Positions 9,884 to 19,456 of a stretch of 64,000 nt of DNA are shown piece after piece. A model generated the notes under the pieces. It saw only the letters and a list, made by a program, of their open reading frames with translations. It made no database searches and was not told the origin of the DNA. The position numbers and the translations under genes were made by a program. This DNA is from Thermodesulfobacteriota bacterium (GTDB taxonomy: Bacteria; Desulfobacterota; Binatia; Bin18), in NCBI GenBank assembly GCA_964291405.2, contig OZ219926.1:2208001-2272000 (forward strand), written 5' to 3'. Each line of letters starts with the position of its first letter. The first letter of the stretch is position 1.

Positions 9884-11143
9884 ATGGCTGACAAGACAAA
9901 TGGTGCGCAGAAACTCCTGTCCGGGATAACCGTGCTCGACTTTACCCAATATCTCGCCGGCCCGTCCGCAACCCGGATTCTGGCCGACCTCGGGGCGGAT
10001 GTGATCAAGATTGAACGCGCCCCCGACGGCGACCTGGGACGGCAGATCCATCTTGTTGAGCACGGCCAAAGCGCGCTCTATCTGGCCGCCTGCGCCGGCA
10101 AGAAAAGTGTCTGTGTTGAGATCAAGCACCCGAAGGGAAAGGAAATCGTCTATCAACTGGTACGAAAGGCCGACGTTGTGGTGGAGAATTACAGCCCTGG
10201 GGTCATGGCACGGAACGGACTGGACTATGACACGCTTAAAGAACTGAACGCCAAACTGATCATGTGCTCGGTGTCAGGCTATGGGCAGGACGGGCCGTAC
10301 GCCAGCCATACCAGCTTTGACATTATCGCTCAGGCCCAGAGCGGCGTGATGGCCATGACCGGGGAACCGGATGGGCCACCGACCTATGTGGGCAACTATT
10401 TTGGGGACCCGAATACGGGTATTCATGGCGCGCTCGCCATCTGTGCCGCGCTCTTTCACCGCGCCAGTAGCGGACAGGGCCAGTATATTGACGTGTCGCA
10501 GCTCGAATCCCTGGTCTATCTGGACTACGTCAACTTCCCACTTTTTCTGATGAGTCAGGGCACTATTGTGCCGCAGCGTTTTGGCGGAGACTTTTTCAAT
10601 GTGTGCCCCTATGGCGTGTACAAGGCAAAAAAAGGCTATCTCGTTTTTGCCGTCGCCGGTCATCAATGGCCGGCATTAACAAAGGCGATGGGCAAACCGG
10701 AACTGGCCACGGACGAACGCTACGCCACCATGGAGGATAGAGTCGAGCGAAGTGCGGAGGTTCGGCAACATATCGAAGACTGGCTCCAGACCTTTGAGGA
10801 CGACGAGACACCCCTGAAAATTCTGGCCGAAGCCCGCGTGCCGGCCGCACCGATCCTGGATATTCCCGACGCCGCGGCTCACCCCCAGTTGAAGGCGCGC
10901 GGACTGTTTCAAGACGTGCCACATCCGCTACTCGGTCCGACTCCGATTGCCAAATCGCCCTTTCATTTTTCCAACGCGGACGTCGAGATTCCCTTTCGCG
11001 CAGCCTTCCTGGGCGAACATAACGAGGAAGTGTTGCAGAAGCACCTGGCCTATTCGGAAGAGCAAGTCGCCGCGCTGTATACAGACGGCGCCCTCGTGCA
11101 AGAGGACCAGGTGAAAGAGCTGCGAGCAGCAGGGAAGCTCTAG
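9884..11143 (+). CDS. CoA-transferase family III (CaiB/BaiF)
   Basis: LSGITVLDFTQYLAGP, LGADVIKIE, DVVVENY, SGYGQDGP. Confidence 0.93.
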   Translation: MADKTNGAQKLLSGITVLDFTQYLAGPSATRILADLGADVIKIERAPDGDLGRQIHLVEHGQSALYLAACAGKKSVCVEIKHPKGKEIVYQLVRKADVVVENYSPGVMARNGLDYDTLKELNAKLIMCSVSGYGQDGPYASHTSFDIIAQAQSGVMAMTGEPDGPPTYVGNYFGDPNTGIHGALAICAALFHRASSGQGQYIDVSQLESLVYLDYVNFPLFLMSQGTIVPQRFGGDFFNVCPYGVYKAKKGYLVFAVAGHQWPALTKAMGKPELATDERYATMEDRVERSAEVRQHIEDWLQTFEDDETPLKILAEARVPAAPILDIPDAAAHPQLKARGLFQDVPHPLLGPTPIAKSPFHFSNADVEIPFRAAFLGEHNEEVLQKHLAYSEEQVAALYTDGALVQEDQVKELRAAGKL

Positions 11144-11171
11144 GCTGCGCCAGAGTAGGCCGTCCCCGCGC

Positions 11172-11963
11172 TTACTGTCCTTTCCACTCGGGCTCACGTT
11201 TTTCCGCAAATGCGCGTGGGCCTTCGGTATAGTCCTGAGTCTGGGTCAGCGTCGAGAATAAGATGTTCTCAAACCGCAGGGCATCTTCAAGCACGCGACC
11301 GAGGCTGCGCAGCATGGATTCTTTGGCCGACCGCACGCCCAGCGGACTGTTGCGCAGAATGGTCCGGGCGTAGCGCTCGGCGGTAGGCATAAGCTCCGCG
11401 GCGGGCACGACTTCGCTCACCAGACCGATCCGCAGAGCTTCCTGGGCGTCAATCGCCTCCCCGGTGAGCTGCATCTTGAGGGCATTGGCCAAGCCGACGA
11501 TCAGCGGCAGACGGACCGTTCCTCCGTCGCAATGATGAAACCCCCGCTTGACCTCAGAGCAGCCGAACTGAGCGTTGTCTGACGCCACGCGAATATCGCA
11601 TGCCAGCGCCAGTTCTAACCCTCCGGCTAGGGCGTAGCCATTAACGGCGCCGATAATCGGCTTCCAGATTTCGAGGCCACGGGTGATGCCTCCAAATCCC
11701 AGGCCGTTGGCAACCTGTCTGACCGCGTACGGACTCCCGCTACCGATACTCGGCGTGTAGGTCTTGAGATCGGCCCCGGCGCAAAAGGCCCGTTCGCCAC
11801 TCCCGGTGAGGATAGCGACCCAGACATCCGGATCGTCGCGAAAGTCGGTCCAGACTTCGATGATTTCCTGATTGTGGGCCGGCCCGAGGGCATTCATGGC
11901 TTCCGGGCGTTGGATGGTGATATAGGCGATCCGGTCACGTTTTTCATACGCTATGACAGACAT
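11172..11963 (-). CDS. Enoyl-CoA hydratase/isomerase
   Basis: AFCAGADLK, GYALAGGLELALACD, AFAEKREP. Confidence 0.93.
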   Translation of the reverse strand: MSVIAYEKRDRIAYITIQRPEAMNALGPAHNQEIIEVWTDFRDDPDVWVAILTGSGERAFCAGADLKTYTPSIGSGSPYAVRQVANGLGFGGITRGLEIWKPIIGAVNGYALAGGLELALACDIRVASDNAQFGCSEVKRGFHHCDGGTVRLPLIVGLANALKMQLTGEAIDAQEALRIGLVSEVVPAAELMPTAERYARTILRNSPLGVRSAKESMLRSLGRVLEDALRFENILFSTLTQTQDYTEGPRAFAEKREPEWKGQ

Positions 11964-11977
11964 GGGCTTCTCCTCCT

Positions 11978-13210
11978 TTATGTTTCGTGACGGGCGTCCC
12001 GTCCGACTTGCTCAAGCCGAGTGATGACTTCTTTGGGATTAATCCGGTTCTTAAAAAAGAACACCCTACCCGGAACGTCGGTAAAGTCGTCCTGGCTGAC
12101 ATTCAGGTTGGCCGACACGGCAATCACCATGTCCTGCCGGCCTGAACGGCGCAGCTTCATGAGCTTTTTTTTCAGGTACTCCGGTCGCCAGTAGCCCACG
12201 ATTTCCATGAGCGCGGTACGCCCGTCCATGTGCCGAAAAGCGAAGTCCGGAATGAAGACGGTCTCTTTCAGATTGATAATGGCCACCTCCCGTTCAATCT
12301 TCCAGCCGCTCTCAATCGCGTGAAAGCGTTCGGCAAAGGTCTTTTCGAGGAGCGAGTCATACATGGTGCTGTCGCGATAGTGCGAGACGAGATTGGCACT
12401 CTCGTCGAGGGGGAAATAGCGATGCTCGCCTGCGGCGGTGACAATCTCCGCCTCCATTTTCCAGCGGGTACACAGTAGCAAGGCCGGCAGGAAGACGGCC
12501 AGCTTGAGGCCGTACTTCTGAGAGAGACGGAACATGCTGACCGGTCCGTCCAGTAGAATCTCATAGCCACTGTCAAGATCGCCCTCAATCGCGTGCATGA
12601 GTTGATAGAATTTGATGAACTTGAAGAGCTGTTTGTAACGGCTCGGAATGTTCCGAAAGACCGACAGCTTCATCCGAATGCAGCGATACAGCAGAGCCTG
12701 CGCCAGGGCAACATTATAACGTTGGAGCAGCCACGCCGGCTCGGGCGGGTCAAAGCGCGTCAGGATGTGGTTCTCGGCCAGATCGGCGTAGAGCGCCCAG
12801 GCAATCTGTTCCGGCTCGGCTGTATACTCGCGCGCAACCTCGGCGATCAACTCGTCTTTGGTCACGGGATGGATATGGTCGGGCTGTAAGACAACGGGAT
12901 GGTTCTCGCGAGCCAAAGCGAACAGGCGGCGGCGGACCTCCAGCGGCGGGGCCACCGCCTGCTCCTCAAATTCGCACCGGTCGTCACGCAGCAGCTTGGC
13001 CAGCCCGCGCTGGATGCGAAAGTCGGTCCGATCTTCCGCATACTGATTCAGCGCCGCAGTCAGCTCCCGCCTGGGCTTGCCCTGATGATCGGCATAGATG
13101 GAGATCAGCTCCTCGGCCATCCGGGTAAAGCGCGGCGCGTCGGTCCGCACGTAGCGCGGATAGAGATACGGGCCTTCGGTCCGCGTCAGCAGAAGATCCG
13201 AGGTCAGCAT
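11978..13210 (-). CDS. DUF790-family (Bax1-like) putative endonuclease
   Basis: MLTSDLL start, LYADL, RYNVALAQALLY, LDGPVSMF..SQKYG, FIPDF...MEIVGYW. Confidence 0.85.
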   Translation of the reverse strand: MLTSDLLLTRTEGPYLYPRYVRTDAPRFTRMAEELISIYADHQGKPRRELTAALNQYAEDRTDFRIQRGLAKLLRDDRCEFEEQAVAPPLEVRRRLFALARENHPVVLQPDHIHPVTKDELIAEVAREYTAEPEQIAWALYADLAENHILTRFDPPEPAWLLQRYNVALAQALLYRCIRMKLSVFRNIPSRYKQLFKFIKFYQLMHAIEGDLDSGYEILLDGPVSMFRLSQKYGLKLAVFLPALLLCTRWKMEAEIVTAAGEHRYFPLDESANLVSHYRDSTMYDSLLEKTFAERFHAIESGWKIEREVAIINLKETVFIPDFAFRHMDGRTALMEIVGYWRPEYLKKKLMKLRRSGRQDMVIAVSANLNVSQDDFTDVPGRVFFFKNRINPKEVITRLEQVGRDARHET

Positions 13211-13293
13211 GGTTCCGGTCGAGTCTGGAGATTTTCACCACCGAGGGCAAGAGGGATGGGCTAGACTGTTCAGTCTGGTTCGCTATGGTTTGG

Positions 13294-13347
13294 AAAGAGT
13301 AAACGTGCCCTCCACTCAGGTATAATTGCTGGGCACGTTTACTCTTT
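13294..13347. repeat. 54-bp palindromic element, copy 2
   Basis: AAAGAGTAAACGTGCC...GGCACGTTTACTCTTT; compensatory change in both arms. Confidence 0.9.
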
Positions 13348-13365
13348 GTCAAATGAGGAGGGGCT

Positions 13366-14196
13366 ATGACGTATCAGAACCTGATATTCGAGAAGAAGGA
13401 TGCTATCGGCTATCTGACCCTCAACCGGCCACAGAAGCTCAATTCATTCAGCAAGGAACTGATGGCCGAACTGGGCGAGGCGCTTGATGCGATCGAAGCC
13501 GATGACGACATCCGGGTCGTGATTCTGACCGGAGCCGGGCGGGCGTTTTCCGCGGGGTTCAATATCGCGCCGCCGGAGGGCGAGCCCGAACTCTACGACC
13601 GCTCCGCGGATAGCTGGCGGACTGATTTGAAGTACAACATCGAGATTTTTCTCAAGATCTGGCATTCCAGCAAGCCGTATATTGCGGCGATTAACGGCTA
13701 TGCCCTGGCTGGCGCGTGCGAACTCGCCCAGTTATGCGATATTAAAATTGCCTCCGAGCAGGCGGTGCTCGGTGAGCCGGAAATCCGGTTTGGGACCGGC
13801 CCCCCGGTCCTGGTCACGCCGTTCAGCGTCGGGTTTGCCAAGGCAAAGGAACTGCTCCTGACCGGGGAAATGATCTCCGCCCACGAGGCTGAGCGCCTGG
13901 GCATGATCAATCGTGTCGTACCGCACGACCAGCTCATGCGTGAATGCGAGAAGACGGCCCGCAAGCTGGTAAAGATCGCTCAGGTTGGGGTGAAGTTTAA
14001 CAAGGCCGCCATTAACCGGGCGTATGAGAACATGGGCTTTCTGAACAGTATCTACCAGAATCTCGATCTGGTTGTCATGTTTGACACCACCCGGACGCAA
14101 GAGCAGGAAACGTTCAACCAGATCCGGAAGGAAAAAGGCCTGCGCGCCGCGCTCGACTGGCGCGATGCGCTGTTCAAGGAAGACGACAAAGAGTAA
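13366..14196 (+). CDS. Enoyl-CoA hydratase/isomerase
   Basis: LNRPQKLN, GAGRAFSAG, GYALAGACEL; GAGGAGG RBS. Confidence 0.93.
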   Translation: MTYQNLIFEKKDAIGYLTLNRPQKLNSFSKELMAELGEALDAIEADDDIRVVILTGAGRAFSAGFNIAPPEGEPELYDRSADSWRTDLKYNIEIFLKIWHSSKPYIAAINGYALAGACELAQLCDIKIASEQAVLGEPEIRFGTGPPVLVTPFSVGFAKAKELLLTGEMISAHEAERLGMINRVVPHDQLMRECEKTARKLVKIAQVGVKFNKAAINRAYENMGFLNSIYQNLDLVVMFDTTRTQEQETFNQIRKEKGLRAALDWRDALFKEDDKE

Positions 14197-14241
14197 ACGT
14201 GTCCAGCATCTCGTGTTTATTGGAAGACACGTTTACTCTTT
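14188..14241. repeat. 54-bp palindromic element, copy 3
   Basis: Contains the TAA stop of the upstream hydratase and the GTG at 14199. Confidence 0.9.
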
Positions 14242-16455
14242 TGAGCCCGCGTATATTTCTGGTCATCGCGACCCTGGCCGTGTTGGCACTGGCCAATACG
14301 GCCAGTGCTGATACACCGGCGTCGCAGTCCGGGAGCACCCTCCAGCCCATCCCCCTTGAGGATATGGAAGTCTCGGTGTTTGCCCCGGTCGCCTTGCAGG
14401 CCGTGCGCATTCCCCAGTCCATTATCCTCGATGGTCGGCTAACCGAGCCGGCCTGGCAGAACGGCGCCGGTCGGCAGCGACTTCCGCCAACGCGAACCCG
14501 ACGAAGGCGCTCCGGCCTCCCAGCCGACCGAGGTGCGCGTCCTGTACACGGCGACCCATCTCTACGTCGGCGTGCTGTGTCACGACTCGGATCCGGGTGC
14601 CGCGGTGGCCACCCGCTTCAACCGGGATGCGGACCTGGCCGCGGATGATCGGGTGACGCTCCTGTTCGATACGTTTGCGGATCGGCGCAACGCGTTCAAA
14701 TTTCAAACCAACTCGGTTGGGGCACGGGTGGACGAACTCATCGGAGACGAGGGGGAGACCGAAAACCGGGACTGGAACGGTATCTGGAACGTCAAGACCG
14801 CACGCTCACCGAGCGGCTGGAGCGCGGAATTTGAAATTCCGTTTCAGACCCTCAGCTATGCCCCAGGACAATCGAGCTGGGGTTTCAACGTCCAGCGCAT
14901 CATCAAGCGGGTGAACGAAGAAACGGTCTGGAGCGGCTACCTCCAGAGCCTGGACTTCAACCGGGTCTCACGCGCGGGTCGACTCACCGGACTGCGCGGC
15001 AGATCCCAGGGTCTGGGGCTCGATTTTTCCCCGTTTCTGACCACCGAGGTGCGCCGCGATGCCACGTCCTTTAAGCCGGGCTTTGACCTGTTCTACAAAC
15101 CCACCCCCGGCCTGACGCTCAGCCTGACGCTCAACACTGACTTTTCCGAGGCCGAGACGGACGATGTGCAGGTCAATCTGACGCGTTTTTCACTCTTTTT
15201 CCCCGAGAAGCGGCAGTTCTTTCTGGAGGACGCGCCCAATTTTGCGGTTGACGGACTGACCCCGACCTCGGGGCCGTTGGTGATTATCCCCTTTTTCAGC
15301 CGGCGGGTCGGCATTGCCGACGACGGCAAGCCGGTTGACATGATCGGCGGCGCAAAACTCAGCGGCCGAGTTGGCAAGTATTCCCTGGGAATACTCAGCG
15401 CCCAGACCCAGGAACGCGATCCCGTACCGGGCGAGAATTTCAGCGTGGTCCGGCTCAAGCGCGACGTCGGAGAACAGGCCTCGGTAGGACTGATCGCGAC
15501 CCGTCGGACACCGGAGAACGGGGATGCGACCGGCCTCTACGGGCATGACTTTCTGTATAAAACAACCAGCTTTCTGGGAAGGCGCAACCTCACCCTGTCT
15601 TCGTTTGTGTTAAAGAGTTTTCGTCCCACGGCGCGCAAGAACTGGGCCTGGGGCAGTCAGATCAATCTGCCCAACGACACCTGGACGATATTCGGCACCT
15701 ATCGTGAGGTGCAACGCGATTTTGAGGCCAGCATGGGCTTTGTGCCGCGCACCGGCATTCGGCGCTTTGGCTGGTTCCTCCAGGCGGCTCCGCGGCCCGG
15801 GCGCTGGGGAACGCGGCAGGTCGCCTGTGCTTTTGACGGCAATTATATTACCGACCAGTCCACGGACCGCCTCCTCACCCGCAACATCGTCTTTCCCTGT
15901 GAGTGGCGCTTCGAGAGCGGCGACACCCTCATGTTTCGGGCCTGGCAGCAGTTGGAACGCCTGACCGAAGATTTTGAGATCAGCCGCGGTGTCCGCCTGT
16001 TGCCCGGCCGCCACACCTTTCGCCGTTATATGGTCAAAGCCGAGACCGCGGATAAACGCAAGCTGTCGGCCAGTCTGGCCCATTTCTGGGGCGACTATTA
16101 CAGCGGCAAGCGCGACAGTTGGAACCTGCGTCTTAATTTTCAGCCCGGCCCGCGCCTGTTCCTGAGCCCAGAGTATCTCCAGAGCGATGTCCGTCTGCCT
16201 GAGGGCAATTTTGTCACGCGTCTGCTGCGGGTGCGGCTGGACATAGCCGTCAACCCCAATCTGTCCTGGTTCAGCCTGATCCAGTATGACAACGTATCGG
16301 ACGTGTTCAGCATCAACACGCGCATTCGCTGGATTATCGAACCGGGCAACGACATCTTTCTGGTCTTCAACCAGCGCTGGCTGGACGAAGAGGGCGGCTT
16401 CCGCTCCATCGGCCGCGAGGGCCGCTTCAAGGTGCGCTACACGTATCGGTTTTGA
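14199..16455 (+). pseudogene. CBM9-like/DUF5916 outer-membrane protein split by a +1 frameshift near 14460-14465
   Basis: Signal peptide and IILDGRLTEPAWQ in one frame; APVGSDFRQREPDEGAPASQPTEVRVLY...LFFPEKRQFFLE...YTYRF in the next. Confidence 0.75.
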
Positions 16456-16488
16456 TAGAGAACGCTCTGGGCTTACATCTCTTAGTTC

Positions 16489-16614
16489 TTAGTGCGGGGA
16501 TGGCGGCTGGGCGTGGTGGGTCTTCTGAATTTTTGACAAGCGCCATACAAACCATGCCAGGCCGGTCAGGCCGGTCAGGACGCCAACAGATGCAAGTATC
16601 TCAATGAGAGTCAC
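16489..16614 (-). CDS. 41-aa single-TM small protein
   Basis: MTLIEILASVGVLTGLTGLAWFVWRLSKIQKTHHAQPPSPH; GTG start overlaps upstream TGA; GAGGAG RBS. Confidence 0.55.
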   Translation of the reverse strand: MTLIEILASVGVLTGLTGLAWFVWRLSKIQKTHHAQPPSPH

Positions 16615-16853
16615 GATTTCTCCTCCTCAATCGAATCAACCAGACGATAAATCACCAGCATTTGTGTCAGAATGGTTCTAACCAAAAGATAGGAAAGGGG
16701 TAAACCCAAGAGTCCGGCTACTACTTGAATCTCGGCCGAGGCATAGGAGATCAAAATCCCAACTGACCCGCCAAGTATAGCAAAGAAGAATACCATGAGA
16801 AATTTGAGTAATTCTGTCTCCCATCGGATTTGTTCTGCTCGTTTATCCGCCAT
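16611..16853 (-). CDS. Small two-TM hypothetical protein
   Basis: Two hydrophobic helices; AAGGGG RBS; lower GC than flanks. Confidence 0.65.
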   Translation of the reverse strand: MADKRAEQIRWETELLKFLMVFFFAILGGSVGILISYASAEIQVVAGLLGLPLSYLLVRTILTQMLVIYRLVDSIEEEKS

Positions 16854-16919
16854 CCCTATTCCCCTTCTCGCCCGAAAGTGCTCTTACCGCCCCAAACTAA
16901 CGACATCATTGCGCAAGCG

Positions 16920-19430
16920 TCACCATGCTGCCGGAGATGGTAACACGGTCTCAACCCGGTAACTCTTCCCATCGCTCCGCACCGTTACCGCTCCTACCTG
17001 GTCCGTTCTGAGCAAGGTCGTACCCTGCTGCTCATAGCGGCCCACCACTTCTGGCGCTGGAAAGCGAAAGCGGTTTTGATAGCCGAGCGAAGCGATCGCT
17101 ATCTCAGGTGACACGGCTTCAAGAAAGGGCCGGGTGCTTGAGCTGCGGCTGCCGTGATGGGGAACCTTGAGAATCTCGCTCTGAAGAGGTGCCGGTGTTC
17201 CGAGCAGAATGCCCTCCCCCACAGCCTCAACATCACCGGAAAACAGCATATCCACCTCCCCGTGACTGAGACGGAGCACAAGGGAGGCGTCGTTTGTGTC
17301 CAGTCCGGTCTGGCCGCAGGGCGGATGCAGGATGTGGACCTGCACCCCACCAATTTCCCGGTCCGGCGTATCGCGGCACAAAGTGTGGGCCTGGATACCG
17401 TTCTCTTGCAACGTCGCCATCAGCCGCTTGAAACGCGAGCTTTTTGACTCCTGACCATTAAACCAGAAGGCTGTGGCGCCAAAGTGCTCGGCCAAAAACT
17501 CCAGCCCGCCGTAGTGGTCAAGGTTGGGATGGCTGAGGACCAGCGTGTCTATACGTCCTATTTTCTGCTGCCACAAGAAAGGCGCAACAATAGCCCGACC
17601 CGAATCAAACGTCTGACTCGTGAATCCGCCTGCGTCAATGACCATGACGTGAGAGCCGGGAAACTCGACCACGGCCGCATCACCCTGTCCGACATCGAGA
17701 AAAGAGACCTGCAGCTCAGTCTGAAAATAGCGTTGAGTCAGCCAGTACAGACCGTCACAGAGCATCAGGCCGAACAGGCAGGAGAAAAAGACTCGTCGCA
17801 GCCCGGATGGTTGGAAGCGTGAGTAGAACAAGAGGGAAACACAGAAGGTATAAAACAGCAGAAGTTCAAAAGACGTGAGGGTTACAAAGTGAATGGCGGT
17901 GAAGGGCAAAGCTGCGATGGCTTCGACCATCCCCACGCCGAGCGAGACCACGGCTCCGGCACACCACCCGACCAGGGTCGCAGCACTCGTGTGAATAAAC
18001 ACCAGCACTGCTGTAGCCAGACCCAACACCACGGCGGCACTCCCCAGGAAAGGGACCAACAGCAGATTGGCCACAAATCCAACCAGCGGGACAGTATGAA
18101 AATGGGTCGCGACAAGCGGGAGCGTACCGACCGTCGCACTCAGAGTAACAAGACAATAGAGACCGGCCCAGCGCTGGAATCGTTGTCGCCATTGAGAGGG
18201 GTCGACATCTCGCGCTTTGTCACGATTATCACGCCAGATTTGGAAACGGCGCAGGCCAAGAAAAATAGCCAAGACGGCCACAAAAGAAAGCTGAAAAGAG
18301 ATATCAAGGACGGCTCCCGGCCAGAGCAGCGATACGATCAGGGCAGCAAGGGCGAGGCTGCGGAAGACCTCCTCTTTTTGGTCCAGCAGCAGCGCAGTGA
18401 GAAAGACAGTCACCATAATGACCGCCCGCAAGGTCGAAACACTACCGCCTGCAAGTCCGGCGTACAGTAGCACGACCGGCAGCGTAAAGAGCGCGGCCAG
18501 TTTGGGTACCGACCACATCAACAGCGCATACTGACTCCGCGCCAGGAGCCACCACCAGGCTCCATACGCCAGCGCTGCAACCAGGCCGATGTGAAGCCCG
18601 GAAATGGCAAGGACGTGGGCAACACCCACCCGCGTGAAGCTGTCGCGCAACTCCGGCTTGAGGCGGCTTTTATCGCCGATGATCAACGCGCGGAGAATGG
18701 CCGCGGCTGTGGTTGAAAGCTGCGCGTCAAAGAATGCACCGACTGTCCGACGAACGTGTTCAAGCCGATGACGCAACCCAGTACCGGTCCTGTTGTCCGG
18801 CTCGATCTTTTCGATTTTTCGGTCATCCCACACAAAAGCAGTGAGATAGAGACCCCGCCGGGCCAGATAGCCTGCATAATCAAAACTGCCCGGCGTATGA
18901 AAATTGCGCGGGGTGCGGAGTTTGAGCGGAAGCTTCATCACATCGCCGTATTGCCAGCGACCTTGGAGATGACGAACGGTGACAAGCACCTTGCCCGTTA
19001 CCGGCCGTGACTGCCCGTCTTGCCAGATGCGTCGCGCCTCAAGATATAACCGGCCGCGGGCCGGACCCCGTTCCGGCTCCTGGAACAGCCAACCTTCGAG
19101 TGTAACTTTTTGTGGTAAAGTAAGCTGCCGGAGGTGGTGCACGGGAAAATCGGGAGTGTAGACGCGCTGGAGAGCGAGATTACCGACCAGGAAAGCGCCG
19201 CTCAGCAGACTGACCAAAACGGCTAGACGGAACCCCCCTATGATCCAACTGGCCACACTGAGAATCAGCAGTCCGCCCAGCCATAGAGGAGAAGCCGCCT
19301 GCCAGCCCCAGGCCACACCGGCTTGGCCCAAGAGATACACCAGAGCGAGATGGATGAGGATCGACCGCTCAAGCCAGCCCGTCAGACGAAGACATGTGAG
19401 AGACGCTTGCCAGGACAGCTGACGAGACAT
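16920..19430 (-). CDS. comEC: DNA internalisation competence protein ComEC/Rec2
   Basis: DUF4131 region, HVLAISGLHIG, SFQLSF, LDVGQGDA, SHPNLDH, KVPHHGS. Confidence 0.95.
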   Translation of the reverse strand: MSRQLSWQASLTCLRLTGWLERSILIHLALVYLLGQAGVAWGWQAASPLWLGGLLILSVASWIIGGFRLAVLVSLLSGAFLVGNLALQRVYTPDFPVHHLRQLTLPQKVTLEGWLFQEPERGPARGRLYLEARRIWQDGQSRPVTGKVLVTVRHLQGRWQYGDVMKLPLKLRTPRNFHTPGSFDYAGYLARRGLYLTAFVWDDRKIEKIEPDNRTGTGLRHRLEHVRRTVGAFFDAQLSTTAAAILRALIIGDKSRLKPELRDSFTRVGVAHVLAISGLHIGLVAALAYGAWWWLLARSQYALLMWSVPKLAALFTLPVVLLYAGLAGGSVSTLRAVIMVTVFLTALLLDQKEEVFRSLALAALIVSLLWPGAVLDISFQLSFVAVLAIFLGLRRFQIWRDNRDKARDVDPSQWRQRFQRWAGLYCLVTLSATVGTLPLVATHFHTVPLVGFVANLLLVPFLGSAAVVLGLATAVLVFIHTSAATLVGWCAGAVVSLGVGMVEAIAALPFTAIHFVTLTSFELLLFYTFCVSLLFYSRFQPSGLRRVFFSCLFGLMLCDGLYWLTQRYFQTELQVSFLDVGQGDAAVVEFPGSHVMVIDAGGFTSQTFDSGRAIVAPFLWQQKIGRIDTLVLSHPNLDHYGGLEFLAEHFGATAFWFNGQESKSSRFKRLMATLQENGIQAHTLCRDTPDREIGGVQVHILHPPCGQTGLDTNDASLVLRLSHGEVDMLFSGDVEAVGEGILLGTPAPLQSEILKVPHHGSRSSSTRPFLEAVSPEIAIASLGYQNRFRFPAPEVVGRYEQQGTTLLRTDQVGAVTVRSDGKSYRVETVLPSPAAW

Positions 19431-19456
19431 GGTGTGCGAGCGATGGGCCGACTCGG

